DNA of 64,000 bases from Vulcanimicrobiota bacterium (GTDB lineage Bacteria; Vulcanimicrobiota; Vulcanimicrobiia; Eremiobacterales; Eremiobacteraceae): contig CAWETU010000001.1 in the NCBI GenBank assembly GCA_963812135.1, positions 2,048,001 through 2,112,000 of the forward strand, given 5' to 3'. Position 1 is the stretch's first letter, and each line of letters opens with the position of its first letter. Below are positions 40,968-50,527 of the stretch, one piece after another. A program made the translations under genes and the position numbers. The notes below the pieces were generated by a model. That model was not told the origin of the DNA. It worked only from the letters and a program-made list of their open reading frames with translations, and searched no databases.

Positions 40968-41937
40968 CCGTGCTCATGTCCGCATAACGCTGACCGGCGA
41001 ACGCCCCAGGTCGCGCGACCGCGTCGATGCGTTCGACATCTTCTTTCGTCAGTTCGATGTCCACGGCGGCACAGTTCTCTTCCAAGTGTTTGCGCTTACG
41101 AGCGCCTGGGATCGGCACGATGTCCGGCCCTTGCGCCAGCAGCCAGGCGAGCGCGAGCTGCGCCGGCGTGATCCCTTTTTCCGACGCGATCTGCTTGAGC
41201 AGCGCGACGAGTTCGAGGTTGTGCTTGAAATTGTCGCCTTGGAATCGCGGATGATTTTCGCGATAGTCGCCTTCGGTGAAATCTCCCGGCTTTGCGATGG
41301 AGCCGGTCAGCAGTCCGCGACCGAGCGGGCTGTAGGCGACAAACCCGGCTCCGAGCTCCCGCACGGTGGGCAGGACCTCTGCCTCGACGTCGCGTGTGAA
41401 CAATGAATACTCGGTCTGCAGGGCGGTGATCTTGTGCACGGCGTTTGCGCGGCGCAACGTCGCAGGCGCTGCCTCACTCAGACCCAGATATCGGACCTTG
41501 CCTTCCTTCACGAGCTCGGCCATCGCGTTGACCGTCTCTTCGATCGGCACCGTCTTGTCGACGCGGTGCTGATAGTACAGGTCGATCGTGTTCACGCGCA
41601 GCCGCTTGAGCGACGCATCGCAGGCACGTTTGACGTAATCCGGTTTGCCGTTGATCGAGATCCACGAGCCGTCAGGATTGCGCTCGTTGCCGAACTTGGT
41701 CGCCAAGAATACCTTGTCGCGCCGGTCCTCGATCGCGCGGCCGACCAGCTCTTCATTTGTGAACGGTCCATACATGTCGGCGGTGTCGAGAAAGTTGCTG
41801 CCCAATTCGATGGCTCGGTGGATCGTCGTAATCGACTCTTCATCGTCTGACGGGCCATAGAATTCGGACATGCCCATGCAGCCAAGACCGATCGCCGAGA
41901 CGACGGGTCCATCGGGGCCAAGCCTGCGCTGCTTCAT
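40957..41937 (-). CDS. Aldo/keto reductase
   Basis: [36 protein letters not shown]. Confidence 0.92.
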   Translation of the reverse strand: MKQRRLGPDGPVVSAIGLGCMGMSEFYGPSDDEESITTIHRAIELGSNFLDTADMYGPFTNEELVGRAIEDRRDKVFLATKFGNERNPDGSWISINGKPDYVKRACDASLKRLRVNTIDLYYQHRVDKTVPIEETVNAMAELVKEGKVRYLGLSEAAPATLRRANAVHKITALQTEYSLFTRDVEAEVLPTVRELGAGFVAYSPLGRGLLTGSIAKPGDFTEGDYRENHPRFQGDNFKHNLELVALLKQIASEKGITPAQLALAWLLAQGPDIVPIPGARKRKHLEENCAAVDIELTKEDVERIDAVARPGAFAGQRYADMSTVNA

Positions 41938-42308
41938 TTGAACTCTCCAGAGGAAGGAACGGGGACACCGAGGTTGCGGCAGCTTGGTCCCTATTCCTGG
42001 TCCTCTGCAGTAGCTAACTCAGCGCGCACCCTCGATACGATTTGTGCGAACTCCAGTTGAGCTTCATTCGTTGTGCGCTCCGATCGCAGCTAACGCTACG
42101 AGAACCGAGTCCGCCCCGGTGGTAGAGCGCTTCGTGGATCATAGGGGTCCGGCAACCCAGCGCCCCTCCCCGCAGGCCGCTAACTCGGCCCGCTCCAACC
42201 ATCACGCGCATTCCCAGCGGCGTCAATACCGTCACCCTCACATCACAGAAGGGGCTAATCGGCGAGAAACGGTCACTCTCTCCCGGAACTTCGCCGATTA
42301 CAAGTATA

Positions 42309-43115
42309 ATGAAGTCCGCCTTGGGGGTGCTCTTCGTGCTCGTGTCGCTCGCGAGCTCGGGCTGCATCGCGCGACCGCCGGACGTGGCATTGGTGACCGC
42401 ACCGCCCGTGCCCGGCACGCTCTACATCATGCATCCGTCGAACCGTCCCGATGGTCTGCTGGACGTCGAAGTGCGTCACAACGGCGCGCTCATCGATGGG
42501 CCATCGGTGACCGGTATGCTCATCGCCCGTGCGCAACCCGCATTGCGGATCTCCACCAAAGTCATCACCACGCGCAGCGGCGGCTGCGCGCCGATGGCGA
42601 TCTCGCCGCGCGGCATCTTCGTCGCATGCCTGCGTTCGGACGGCAGCGGCACCGTTTCGGTGATGCGGCGCGATTCCCCGACGGCGCCGCTGCACGACAC
42701 GCACGCGCGCGTCAGCGTCGACACACACCACATCGTCGGCTTCACGTCCGACACCGAGTTCGCGGTCGCCGGCGACGACACGACGTGCCCGATGTATTTT
42801 CGCACCGATGCACATGTGTACTCCGCCGAGCCGCGCGCGCGTTTGTTCGTGATCGACGCGGTCACCGGGCGGACAGTCCGCTCCGGCCCCTGCATCCACG
42901 GAGTCGTGACGGGCGATCACACCATCGTCTTCGTCGGCCACGATTCAAGCGAGGAACCGCAATACTCACGCGACGGCACGAATTGGCAGCCGGGTCTGGT
43001 CGTGGCACTCGACGGCGGCGGGCACGTGCTCGTCATCGACAAGAGCAACCGGCTTGTCGACGAACAAGATCGCCTCGTGTCGGACGACGTCGTCGATGCG
43101 ATGTGGACGCGTTGA
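42309..43115 (+). CDS. Hypothetical lipoprotein
   Basis: Signal peptide ending SSGC. Confidence 0.6.
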   Translation: MKSALGVLFVLVSLASSGCIARPPDVALVTAPPVPGTLYIMHPSNRPDGLLDVEVRHNGALIDGPSVTGMLIARAQPALRISTKVITTRSGGCAPMAISPRGIFVACLRSDGSGTVSVMRRDSPTAPLHDTHARVSVDTHHIVGFTSDTEFAVAGDDTTCPMYFRTDAHVYSAEPRARLFVIDAVTGRTVRSGPCIHGVVTGDHTIVFVGHDSSEEPQYSRDGTNWQPGLVVALDGGGHVLVIDKSNRLVDEQDRLVSDDVVDAMWTR

Positions 43116-43177
43116 GCCACGCCCGCGTCTGAACCTCACTCGCAGGCAATACCTTCGGTCGAACAAAACCAACGGCA

Positions 43178-43804
43178 GTGATCGAAAAGATAGAGACGCG
43201 TTGGCCCGTCGCTTTGGCTATTGTCGCGCTCCTGTGGCTGCTCTTATCATTGCCTGCGCGACTTGCGCTTTTCCCGGTTTGGACGCTCTATGCAGCCGGG
43301 ATCGCGATGCTTGCGCCGTTGCTCGCGGTCGCGCTCGCGCGAGACAAGCGGAGATGGATGCGCATCGAACGCGGCGTGCTCGTCGTGCTCGTGGTGCTCG
43401 CCATCGTGGTCAACGTCATCGCGCTCTCGCGTCTTGTGCACGCGATGCTCAGCTCGCCGAGCGACATCCCGCCGCTCACGTTGCTCACGTCATCCGTGGC
43501 AGACTGGGTCGCGAACGTCATCTTGTTCGCGTTGCTCTATTGGCTGCTCGACCGCGGCGGGCCGGAAGGCCGGTCGAGCGACTCGTACGAGCCTGAAGAT
43601 TTCACCTTTACACAAGGATCCGTGCCGCGCGTGCCGGCCTTTGTCGACTACCTGGCGCTCGCGTTCAACACATCGACAGCGTTCAGTCCGACCGACACGC
43701 TGCCGGTCACGCCCCGCGGCAAACTGCTGATGATGACGCAAAGCGCGATCTCGCTCGTGACGGTCGTGGTTGTCGGCGCGCGTGCGATCAACATCCTGAA
43801 ATAG
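43178..43804 (+). CDS. DUF1345-like membrane protein
   Basis: YWLLDRGGP, FVDYL..AFNTSTAFSPTD. Confidence 0.75.
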   Translation: MIEKIETRWPVALAIVALLWLLLSLPARLALFPVWTLYAAGIAMLAPLLAVALARDKRRWMRIERGVLVVLVVLAIVVNVIALSRLVHAMLSSPSDIPPLTLLTSSVADWVANVILFALLYWLLDRGGPEGRSSDSYEPEDFTFTQGSVPRVPAFVDYLALAFNTSTAFSPTDTLPVTPRGKLLMMTQSAISLVTVVVVGARAINILK

Positions 43805-43893
43805 CGTTAACCCCAGGCGCCGGCTAGTCACATTCGCGCCCTCCGGCAGGGAACTGGCAGGAACGGCTTTGCGACACACCATAGCGTGTCGGT

Positions 43894-45831
43894 GTGGCAC
43901 AGCAGCGTCGCCTTACGGCGGAGCACCTTTATTCGCTGCCGATCGTCAGCGCGTGCGCGCTCGATTCGGGCGGCGGTCGCGTCGCGTACGTCAGAACGGT
44001 CGTAGACGCGGAGGCGAACGCCTATCGCGGCAGCGTTCGCGTCTTTGATCTCGGATCGCGCGGCACGACGGTGTTCACGCGCGGTGTGGCGCGCGACGCC
44101 GCGCCTGCGTGGTCGTCGGACGGCAGTCGCCTCTTCTTCCTGAGCGATCGCAGCGGCACAATGCAGGTGTGGTGCATCGATTGCGCCGGCGGCGAGGCGT
44201 ACGCAGCACCCGCGATCGACGGTTCCGTTTCTGAGTTTTCCGTCTCGCCCGATGGACGCTTCCTCGTGGCCGTCGCCGTGGACGGACAGGCGCGACGCGA
44301 TGTCGAGGCGCGCGGCTGGCGGCGCATCACGCGCCAGCGTTATCGTGCCGATGGCATCGGCTATCACGACGCCTACCCGCGTATCTGGCTGCTCGATCTC
44401 GTGCAAGGGACGGCGCGAGCCCTCACCGATGGAACGGGATTCATCGCCGGTCCTGCCTGGTCGCCCGATGGCGCGCAGATCGCGTACGCGGGCGAGCACG
44501 GTGCCGACGCCGACGGCGTCGCGATGCGCGAGCTGTGGGTGATGGCGGTGCGCGACGGAAGCGCGCCCCAGAAGATCCTCACGCTGCGCGGCTCGGTGAA
44601 TGCGCCTGCGTGGTCGAACGATGGATCACGCATCGCGTTCGTCGGTAGCGATAATCTCAAAGGCGCCTATGGGCTTGCGAATCAGAGGCTGTTCACGATC
44701 GCTGCGGGCGGCGAGCCGACGTGCCTCACGCCCGCGGAAGAGTGGACGTGCGGCGACGCGACGATCACCGATACCGGCGGCGCCGGCGCTCCGTCCGCGC
44801 CACAGTGGATGGCCGACGGCTCGATCGCGGTGCTCGGCACGCAGCGCGGCGCCACGCGCATCTTCGTGATCTCGCCGGATCTCGCGATCCGCGAAGCGAC
44901 GCCGTCGACGTTGTCGGTGAACGCGTTCGGACCAAGCCAGAGCGGCGGGTTCGTCTGCTGCGCGTCGCGATCGTCCATGCCGCCCGAGCTGTACAACATC
45001 AACGCCGGCGGCGCGCTGGACCGTCTCACATCTGAGACCAAGACGTGGTGCGAGCAGACCGGCGTGCGCGAAGCGGCGCGTCTCTCGGTGGACGGACCGG
45101 CGGGTCCGCTCGACGCCTGGCACCTTTCGTCCGACGCGGCTGCGCCCCGCCCATGCATCTTGCAGATCCACGGCGGGCCGCACTTCGCGTACGGCGAGAC
45201 CTTCTTCTTCGAATTTCAACTGCTCGCAGCCGCAGGCTACGACGTTGTCTATTGCAATCCGCGCGGCAGCCAAGGATATGGCGAGAGCTTCGCTGCGGCG
45301 ATCGTCGGCAAGTGGGGCGGGCCTCCGCTCGCCGATTGCCAAGCGGCTTTGGACACGGTGATTCTCCAAGGCGGCATCGACGAGAAGCGGCTGGGTGTGG
45401 CCGGCGGATCGTACGGCGGATATCTGACCGCGTGGGCGATCGGCCAGACGCGCCGTTTCGCCGCCGCGGTGGCGATGCGCTCAGCGACCAATCTCGAAAG
45501 TTTGTGGGGCACGTCCGAGGTGGGCCGGATGCTCGAGCTGGAGCTCGGCGGCACGCCTGCGCAGATCCCTGACGTCTATCGCCGCAACTCGCCGATCACG
45601 TACGCGGATGAGATGCGCACGCCGCTGCTGCTCATCCACGGCGAGCGCGACTATCGTTGTCCGATCGAGCAAGCCGAACAGCTGTTCAGCGCGCTGTATC
45701 AGCGCGGGCGCACCGTTGAGTTCATGCGCTTCCTCGAAGCCGATCACGGGCTTTCGCGCGGCGGTCCGCCGAAATTGCGGGTCGCGCGCCTGAACGCGAT
45801 CGTCGAGTGGTTCGACCACCGCCTTACCTAA
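43894..45831 (+). CDS. S9 family peptidase (acylaminoacyl peptidase-like)
   Basis: WSPDG propeller repeats, IHGGPH, GGSYGG, D.RCP, H.LSR. Confidence 0.9.
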   Translation: MAQQRRLTAEHLYSLPIVSACALDSGGGRVAYVRTVVDAEANAYRGSVRVFDLGSRGTTVFTRGVARDAAPAWSSDGSRLFFLSDRSGTMQVWCIDCAGGEAYAAPAIDGSVSEFSVSPDGRFLVAVAVDGQARRDVEARGWRRITRQRYRADGIGYHDAYPRIWLLDLVQGTARALTDGTGFIAGPAWSPDGAQIAYAGEHGADADGVAMRELWVMAVRDGSAPQKILTLRGSVNAPAWSNDGSRIAFVGSDNLKGAYGLANQRLFTIAAGGEPTCLTPAEEWTCGDATITDTGGAGAPSAPQWMADGSIAVLGTQRGATRIFVISPDLAIREATPSTLSVNAFGPSQSGGFVCCASRSSMPPELYNINAGGALDRLTSETKTWCEQTGVREAARLSVDGPAGPLDAWHLSSDAAAPRPCILQIHGGPHFAYGETFFFEFQLLAAAGYDVVYCNPRGSQGYGESFAAAIVGKWGGPPLADCQAALDTVILQGGIDEKRLGVAGGSYGGYLTAWAIGQTRRFAAAVAMRSATNLESLWGTSEVGRMLELELGGTPAQIPDVYRRNSPITYADEMRTPLLLIHGERDYRCPIEQAEQLFSALYQRGRTVEFMRFLEADHGLSRGGPPKLRVARLNAIVEWFDHRLT

Positions 45832-46253
45832 TGTAAGCGCTGCGCCAGAAAGTCATACTGCTTCGCGTTCTGGTCGGTCGCTATTCCGCTGAAGTTGTCG
45901 CCGAGGAACTGCGCCTCGACCTTGAACTTATTCGGCGACAGCATGTGGAAGACCAGCTCGATCTGCTTGGCCTTCTCGTGCCCGGACACCGTCACGTGTT
46001 GGCTGTAAAACGGGTCGGGGACGATGCTCGTCGTCTTGTAAGTCCCGGCGACGGCGCCGCCGGCGTTGATCGCGATCGTGAGCGCGCCGGTCCATTGCCT
46101 GCCGCGCCCGAATCGCGGTGTGATGGTGACTGTGTATTTGAGCGGCGCCACGGTCGGCGTCGGATGCGGCGCGGGCATTGCGGCCCCGGTCACCGGCGCT
46201 GAAGCTGCGCCGGCGAGGGCCGCCATGAGTAGCGCGATGCTCAAGACCTTCAT
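45828..46253 (-). CDS. Secreted hypothetical protein (paralog of 47228-47653)
   Basis: GGAGG RBS, signal peptide, WTG.LTI..N..G...G.YKTTSI.PDP.Y. Confidence 0.7.
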   Translation of the reverse strand: MKVLSIALLMAALAGAASAPVTGAAMPAPHPTPTVAPLKYTVTITPRFGRGRQWTGALTIAINAGGAVAGTYKTTSIVPDPFYSQHVTVSGHEKAKQIELVFHMLSPNKFKVEAQFLGDNFSGIATDQNAKQYDFLAQRLH

Positions 46254-46267
46254 GGTCACCTCCGAGC

Positions 46268-46291
46268 CGGTCGAATAAATTCGACCGCTAC
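46268..46291 (-). repeat. REP-like palindrome, family A
   Basis: Consensus copy 1 nt after the ribF stop. Confidence 0.85.
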
Positions 46292-46292
46292 A

Positions 46293-47201
46293 TTACAGAC
46301 GGGCGGCGGCGACGTCGCGTTTCATCTGTTCGATGAGCGCGTCCGCATTTTCGAAGCGCTGCTGTTCGCGTAGGAACCGCCAACCGCTCACGCCGAGCTG
46401 CTCGCCGTAGATGCTCTTGTCGAAATCAAGCACGTGGACCTCGAGCGCTGTCTCATGCCCGCCGAACGTCGGTTTGTCGCCGATGCTCACGACCGACGCA
46501 TAGTCTTGGCCATCGTAGCGCGTGGTGGCTGCGTACACGCCGGCGGGCGGTACGAGCTTCTCCTTGGGGACCTCGAGATTCGCGGTGGGGAAGCCGAGCA
46601 GATGTCCGCGGCCCTCGCCGCCGCGCACGATGCCGTGCACCGTGAACGGCGAGCCGAGCAGCTCATCGGCTTCGTCGAAGCGCCGTTCGTCGATCAGCTC
46701 GCGGATGCGCGAGCTCGAGACGCGCTGGCCGTCGTGCATGGTCAGCGTTTCGACTTCGAACGCGCAGTCCGAGCGCTCCAGCACGCTGCGCGCAAGCGCG
46801 ATGTCGCCGGTGCGCTCTTTGCCGAAACGCCAGTTGCCGCCGACCACGAGCAGACGCGTTCGCAGTTTGGCCAACAGCATGTCCTCGAGGAACGCTCGCG
46901 CACCAACTTGCTGGATGCGCTCGTCGAACGGCAACAAGAAGAGCACGTCGAGACCGCACGCGTCGAGCAGGTTGATCTTCTCCGCCACCGTGGTCAGCGC
47001 TTTGGGGGCTTTGTCCGGGTGTAGATAGGCGAGCGGATGGTGTTCGAACGTCAGGGCGCCCGCCAACATACCCGGCTTACGTCTGCCGCGTAAACGCTCG
47101 AGCACCGCGCGATGGCCGACGTGCACGCCGTCAAAGACGCCGATCGTCAGAAGAAGATCGGCGTCTGCGTGATATGCGTCGAGATCACGGACGATTTGCA
47201 T
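46293..47201 (-). CDS. ribF: Bifunctional riboflavin kinase/FAD synthetase
   Basis: GVFDGVHVGH, VSSSRIR, GFPTANL, EVHVLDF. Confidence 0.95.
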   Translation of the reverse strand: MQIVRDLDAYHADADLLLTIGVFDGVHVGHRAVLERLRGRRKPGMLAGALTFEHHPLAYLHPDKAPKALTTVAEKINLLDACGLDVLFLLPFDERIQQVGARAFLEDMLLAKLRTRLLVVGGNWRFGKERTGDIALARSVLERSDCAFEVETLTMHDGQRVSSSRIRELIDERRFDEADELLGSPFTVHGIVRGGEGRGHLLGFPTANLEVPKEKLVPPAGVYAATTRYDGQDYASVVSIGDKPTFGGHETALEVHVLDFDKSIYGEQLGVSGWRFLREQQRFENADALIEQMKRDVAAARL

Positions 47202-47227
47202 CGCCGGCTATCGTGGTCTCACTGCGG

Positions 47228-47653
47228 CTAGTGCGATTTTGCGTTCGCACACGCCAACACTAGCGTGCCGCCGTTGTAGGACGAGGTGCCTTGGATGCCG
47301 TTGCTCATCACCTCGCCGCGAACGGTGAGGCTTGGCGAGACGCCGAAGCTCAGCCGGATATCTTTGCCGCTCAAGCCACCCGTGACCGTGATGATCCTGC
47401 CGTAGAGCGGATCGGGCTTGATCGATGTGCTTTTGTATTTGCCGTTGATGATGCCCTCAGCATTGACGGTGATCGTCATGTTGCCGGTCCACGGCGCGCT
47501 GTTCTTAAAGCGCTGCGTCCATTGACAGTTGTATGCTAGGGGAGTACCGACCGGCAACGCGCTCGCGGCGGGTTCGTTAGCGGCTACGGGACCACCGGAC
47601 GAAGCGGCGGCGAACAAGAGCGTTGCGACGAGACCGAAGATTAGATTTCTCAC
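47228..47653 (-). CDS. Secreted hypothetical protein (paralog of 45828-46253)
   Basis: AGGAG RBS, signal peptide, WTGNMTITVNAEGIINGKYKSTSIKPDPLY. Confidence 0.7.
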   Translation of the reverse strand: MRNLIFGLVATLLFAAASSGGPVAANEPAASALPVGTPLAYNCQWTQRFKNSAPWTGNMTITVNAEGIINGKYKSTSIKPDPLYGRIITVTGGLSGKDIRLSFGVSPSLTVRGEVMSNGIQGTSSYNGGTLVLACANAKSH

Positions 47654-47665
47654 TGAACATTTCTC

Positions 47666-48568
47666 CTATTGCGTCATGGATGGCGGAAAAACGCGATGCG
47701 GTGACAACGCACCGCCCGCATCGACGCTTCCAAACCCGATCAAGCGATTCCCGTGAAGGACGAGTGTAAGCGTACCCGAGCTGCGCTCGGGTGCTACATC
47801 CGGCTGCGAAGGGACGGGGTTGCCGTTGCGAAAGCGGCGCGCGGCTGCCTCATCGAGTTCGATGCGGGGGCCGCGCAGCACCGAGAGCGGGTCGAGCAGA
47901 CATGCGACCGGCGCCTTGGCGATGTCTTCGGGCAAGCATGCGGAGCCGATGCTGAACGGACCGGCGGCGGTGCGCACGAGTGCGCCCATGTGCGCGGGAA
48001 CGCCAAGCTGCCGACCGATCTCCTCGCAGAGCGAACGCACGTAGAGCCCCGCTTCGCATTCCACAAGCAGTCGCGCACCGCGTTCGCTCTTGGAGAGCAC
48101 GCGCAGCGTGTGCACCTTGGTGGGCCGGGCCGCGCGAGCCACATGCTGGCCGCGACGCGCGCTGACGTAGAGCGCTCGACCTGCGACCTTGACGGCAGAA
48201 TACATCGGCGGGACTTGGTCGAGCGGCCCCACCAGGCCCGCGGCGACCGAGTCGAGCCGAGCGCTCCAATCAGCCGGCAGCTGGCCCGTCTCAAGCACGC
48301 GGCCGCTTTCGTCAGCCGTGTCGGTCGAGGAGCCTAGGTTGAGATCGAAGACGTACTGTTTGTGCGAAGGCGAGATCAGGGGCAGCAACCGCGTCGCGTG
48401 ACCCACCGCAAGCACGAGCACGCCGCATGCTGTTGGATCCAGCGTGCCCCAGTGGCCGACCGGCGTCTTCCCCAACAGGCGCTTCACCCAACCGCCGAAT
48501 GCGGTGGACGTCATGCCGGGCGGCTTGAACGCGTTCAGAAAGCCGAAGTGGGAGAAGGTTTCGGTCAA
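47666..48568 (-). CDS. truB: tRNA pseudouridine(55) synthase
   Basis: KPPGMTS, GHWGTLDP, QVPPMYSAVK, GLYVRSL. Confidence 0.93.
   Translation of the reverse strand: MTETFSHFGFLNAFKPPGMTSTAFGGWVKRLLGKTPVGHWGTLDPTACGVLVLAVGHATRLLPLISPSHKQYVFDLNLGSSTDTADESGRVLETGQLPADWSARLDSVAAGLVGPLDQVPPMYSAVKVAGRALYVSARRGQHVARAARPTKVHTLRVLSKSERGARLLVECEAGLYVRSLCEEIGRQLGVPAHMGALVRTAAGPFSIGSACLPEDIAKAPVACLLDPLSVLRGPRIELDEAAARRFRNGNPVPSQPDVAPERSSGTLTLVLHGNRLIGFGSVDAGGALSPHRVFPPSMTQ
47774..47797 (-). repeat. GTAG-tagged palindrome, family B, inside truB
   Basis: GTAG-C-ACCCGAGC-GCA-GCTCGGGT, perfect 8-bp stem, translated VAPERSSG. Confidence 0.65.
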
Positions 48569-49572
48569 CGCACCGCCATCTGAGCGCGAACCGCGCTGAG
48601 CACTTTGGCGAGGGCCGCATCCGCCGGCCCGCTGAGCGGCGCGCCCGCCGCGCGGAAATGTCCGCCGCCACCGAGCGCCTTGGCGATCGCCATGACGTTG
48701 ACGCGCCCGCGCGAGCGCAGGCTCAACCGAAATGTGCCGTCGGGCTGCTCTTTGAGCAACGCCGCCACCTGCGATCGATCGACGGCGCGCAGCGCGCCGA
48801 CCACTTCCTCTAGATCTTCGCTGTCCGCGCCGATGTCAGCCAGCATGGCTTGCGTGACCACTGAGTAGCAGATGCCGTCATCGGTGAGCACCGCAGCATC
48901 CAGCGTGCGCCCGAGGATCTTCTGCGCGGCGAAGGTACGCGTCTGATACAGCTGCTCGGTGATGCGGTCTTTGTCGGCGCCGGCCTCGATGAGCGCGGCT
49001 CCGATGCGCAGCGTATCGGGCGTCGCGTTCGAATACATGAAGCAACCGGTGTCCGACAGGATGGCGCTGAGCAGGCATTCGGCGATATCTTTGGAGACCT
49101 CGACGTGCAGCCCGACGATGAGATGCAGCACGAGCACGCCGGTGGCCGCTTCGTGCTCGCGCACGTAGTTCCAACGGCCGAAGCGCGTATTGGAAAGGTG
49201 GTGGTCGATGTTGACGATGCGCTCGTGCGGCACCCAGGCCAGCGCCTTTCCGGCGCGCGCCTGATCGCTCATGTCGAAGAAGATGAACAGCGCGTCGTCC
49301 GCGACGCCGTCGAAGTTGCGCTGCGTCAAACCCGATTCGGGCAAGAACGTCAAGTTGCGCGGCACGTCGTCATCGAGGAAGTATTTGACGTCTTTGCCGA
49401 GCCGTTTGAGCGCGAGCCCAAGGGCGAAGCCGCTTGCGAGCACGTCGCAGTCGGGGTTCTCGTGGGCGCACATGACGAACTGGCGATGCGAACGCAGGGC
49501 TTCGAGCACGTCGCCGCCCGGCGCCTCGCCAGGTTGCCCGTTACTCTTTGTCGCGGTTGGCTCGAGCTTCAT
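48565..49572 (-). CDS. DHH-family phosphoesterase (NrnA-like oligoribonuclease/PAP phosphatase)
   Basis: HENPD.D, NIDHH, DTG.F, SLRS, GGGGH..AAG. Confidence 0.9.
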   Translation of the reverse strand: MKLEPTATKSNGQPGEAPGGDVLEALRSHRQFVMCAHENPDCDVLASGFALGLALKRLGKDVKYFLDDDVPRNLTFLPESGLTQRNFDGVADDALFIFFDMSDQARAGKALAWVPHERIVNIDHHLSNTRFGRWNYVREHEAATGVLVLHLIVGLHVEVSKDIAECLLSAILSDTGCFMYSNATPDTLRIGAALIEAGADKDRITEQLYQTRTFAAQKILGRTLDAAVLTDDGICYSVVTQAMLADIGADSEDLEEVVGALRAVDRSQVAALLKEQPDGTFRLSLRSRGRVNVMAIAKALGGGGHFRAAGAPLSGPADAALAKVLSAVRAQMAVR

Positions 49573-49924
49573 CTCGTCGTTGCACCTCGTCGATGATGTT
49601 CGTCAATTTGACGCCTCGCTCGATGGACTCGTCGCGCACGAAGTGGATGGCCGGTGTGCGCCGCATGCCGAGGCGTTTGCCGAGCTCGACGCTCAAGAAG
49701 CCGGCGGCCGATGCGAGGCCCTTCATGCTCTGCGCGACGGCGCGCGGATCTCCCATCGGGCTGGCGAACACCTTCGCGCTGCTCAGATCAGGACTGATCT
49801 TGGCACCGGTGATCGTGACGAACCCCACGCGCGGGTCCTTCAGCTCCTTATGCAGCAACTCGCTCAGCTCGCGCACGATCTCGTGCTCCACCCGCTCAAG
49901 CCGTTTGCTTTTGGCGTCGTTCAA
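49541..49924 (-). CDS. rbfA: Ribosome-binding factor A
   Basis: KDPRVGFVTIT...SPDLS.AKVF, RRTP.I.F..DES. Confidence 0.93.
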   Translation of the reverse strand: MNDAKSKRLERVEHEIVRELSELLHKELKDPRVGFVTITGAKISPDLSSAKVFASPMGDPRAVAQSMKGLASAAGFLSVELGKRLGMRRTPAIHFVRDESIERGVKLTNIIDEVQRRDEARANRDKE

Positions 49925-49962
49925 AGTCTCTATCCCACACAGGCGTTCGGTTGTCTAGGGTT

Positions 49963-49986
49963 CGGTCGAATAAATTCGACCGCTAC
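49963..49986 (-). repeat. REP-like palindrome, family A
   Basis: Consensus copy 1 nt after the upstream stop. Confidence 0.85.
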
Positions 49987-49987
49987 A

Positions 49988-50527
49988 TCACTCGGCAGAT
50001 TCTTCTTCTTCGTCTTCGGACTCATCGTCCTCAAGCCACGCGCGCGCCTTGTCGTCCTGCGCGGAGGCGAGCGCCCAGACGCGCACCGCTTCGGCGCGCT
50101 CCTGGTCGCCGCACTCGTTGAGCGTGTCGATGAGTTGCGAGCACGCGGCCGCCCACTGTTCGTCGGGCTCGTCCACGCCGAGCACGACCGCCGCCGCAAG
50201 ATGCGCGATCGCTGGCGGCCAGCGCTCGAGATTGGCAAGCGCTGCGCCAAGGTCGCCGTGCAGGCCCGCCGCGCTCGGATGGCGGTCCAGCCCTTGGCGC
50301 AACAGGTGTTCCTCGCGTTCGTCGTTGCCGAGCTCGAGACACAACGAGGCCATCAGCTGGACGCCGTCGGGGCCGAGGTCGCCGGATTCTTCGAACGGCT
50401 CGAGCAGCTGCAGCGCGCGGCGCAGCTCGGCGCGTTGCTCGGGCGACCACGGGTCGTCCGCATCGCCGTGGGCGACGATCACGTTGAAGTAGATCTCGTG
50501 CGCCTGCTCGACCACGTCGTTGTCCAT
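49988..50527 (-). CDS. Acidic TPR-like hypothetical protein between infB and rbfA
   Basis: Helical repeats, acidic tail; TAATG coupling to infB. Confidence 0.65.
   Translation of the reverse strand: MDNDVVEQAHEIYFNVIVAHGDADDPWSPEQRAELRRALQLLEPFEESGDLGPDGVQLMASLCLELGNDEREEHLLRQGLDRHPSAAGLHGDLGAALANLERWPPAIAHLAAAVVLGVDEPDEQWAAACSQLIDTLNECGDQERAEAVRVWALASAQDDKARAWLEDDESEDEEEESAE

Noticed and set aside
41940..42305. Long intergenic region with a TAATCGGCGA...TCGCCGATTA inverted repeat as an ncRNA or gene remnant
   Set aside because: No recognisable family or convincing ORF; a single hairpin is insufficient
22454..43830. Prophage or ICE
   Set aside because: No integrase, relaxase, transposase or phage structural genes seen
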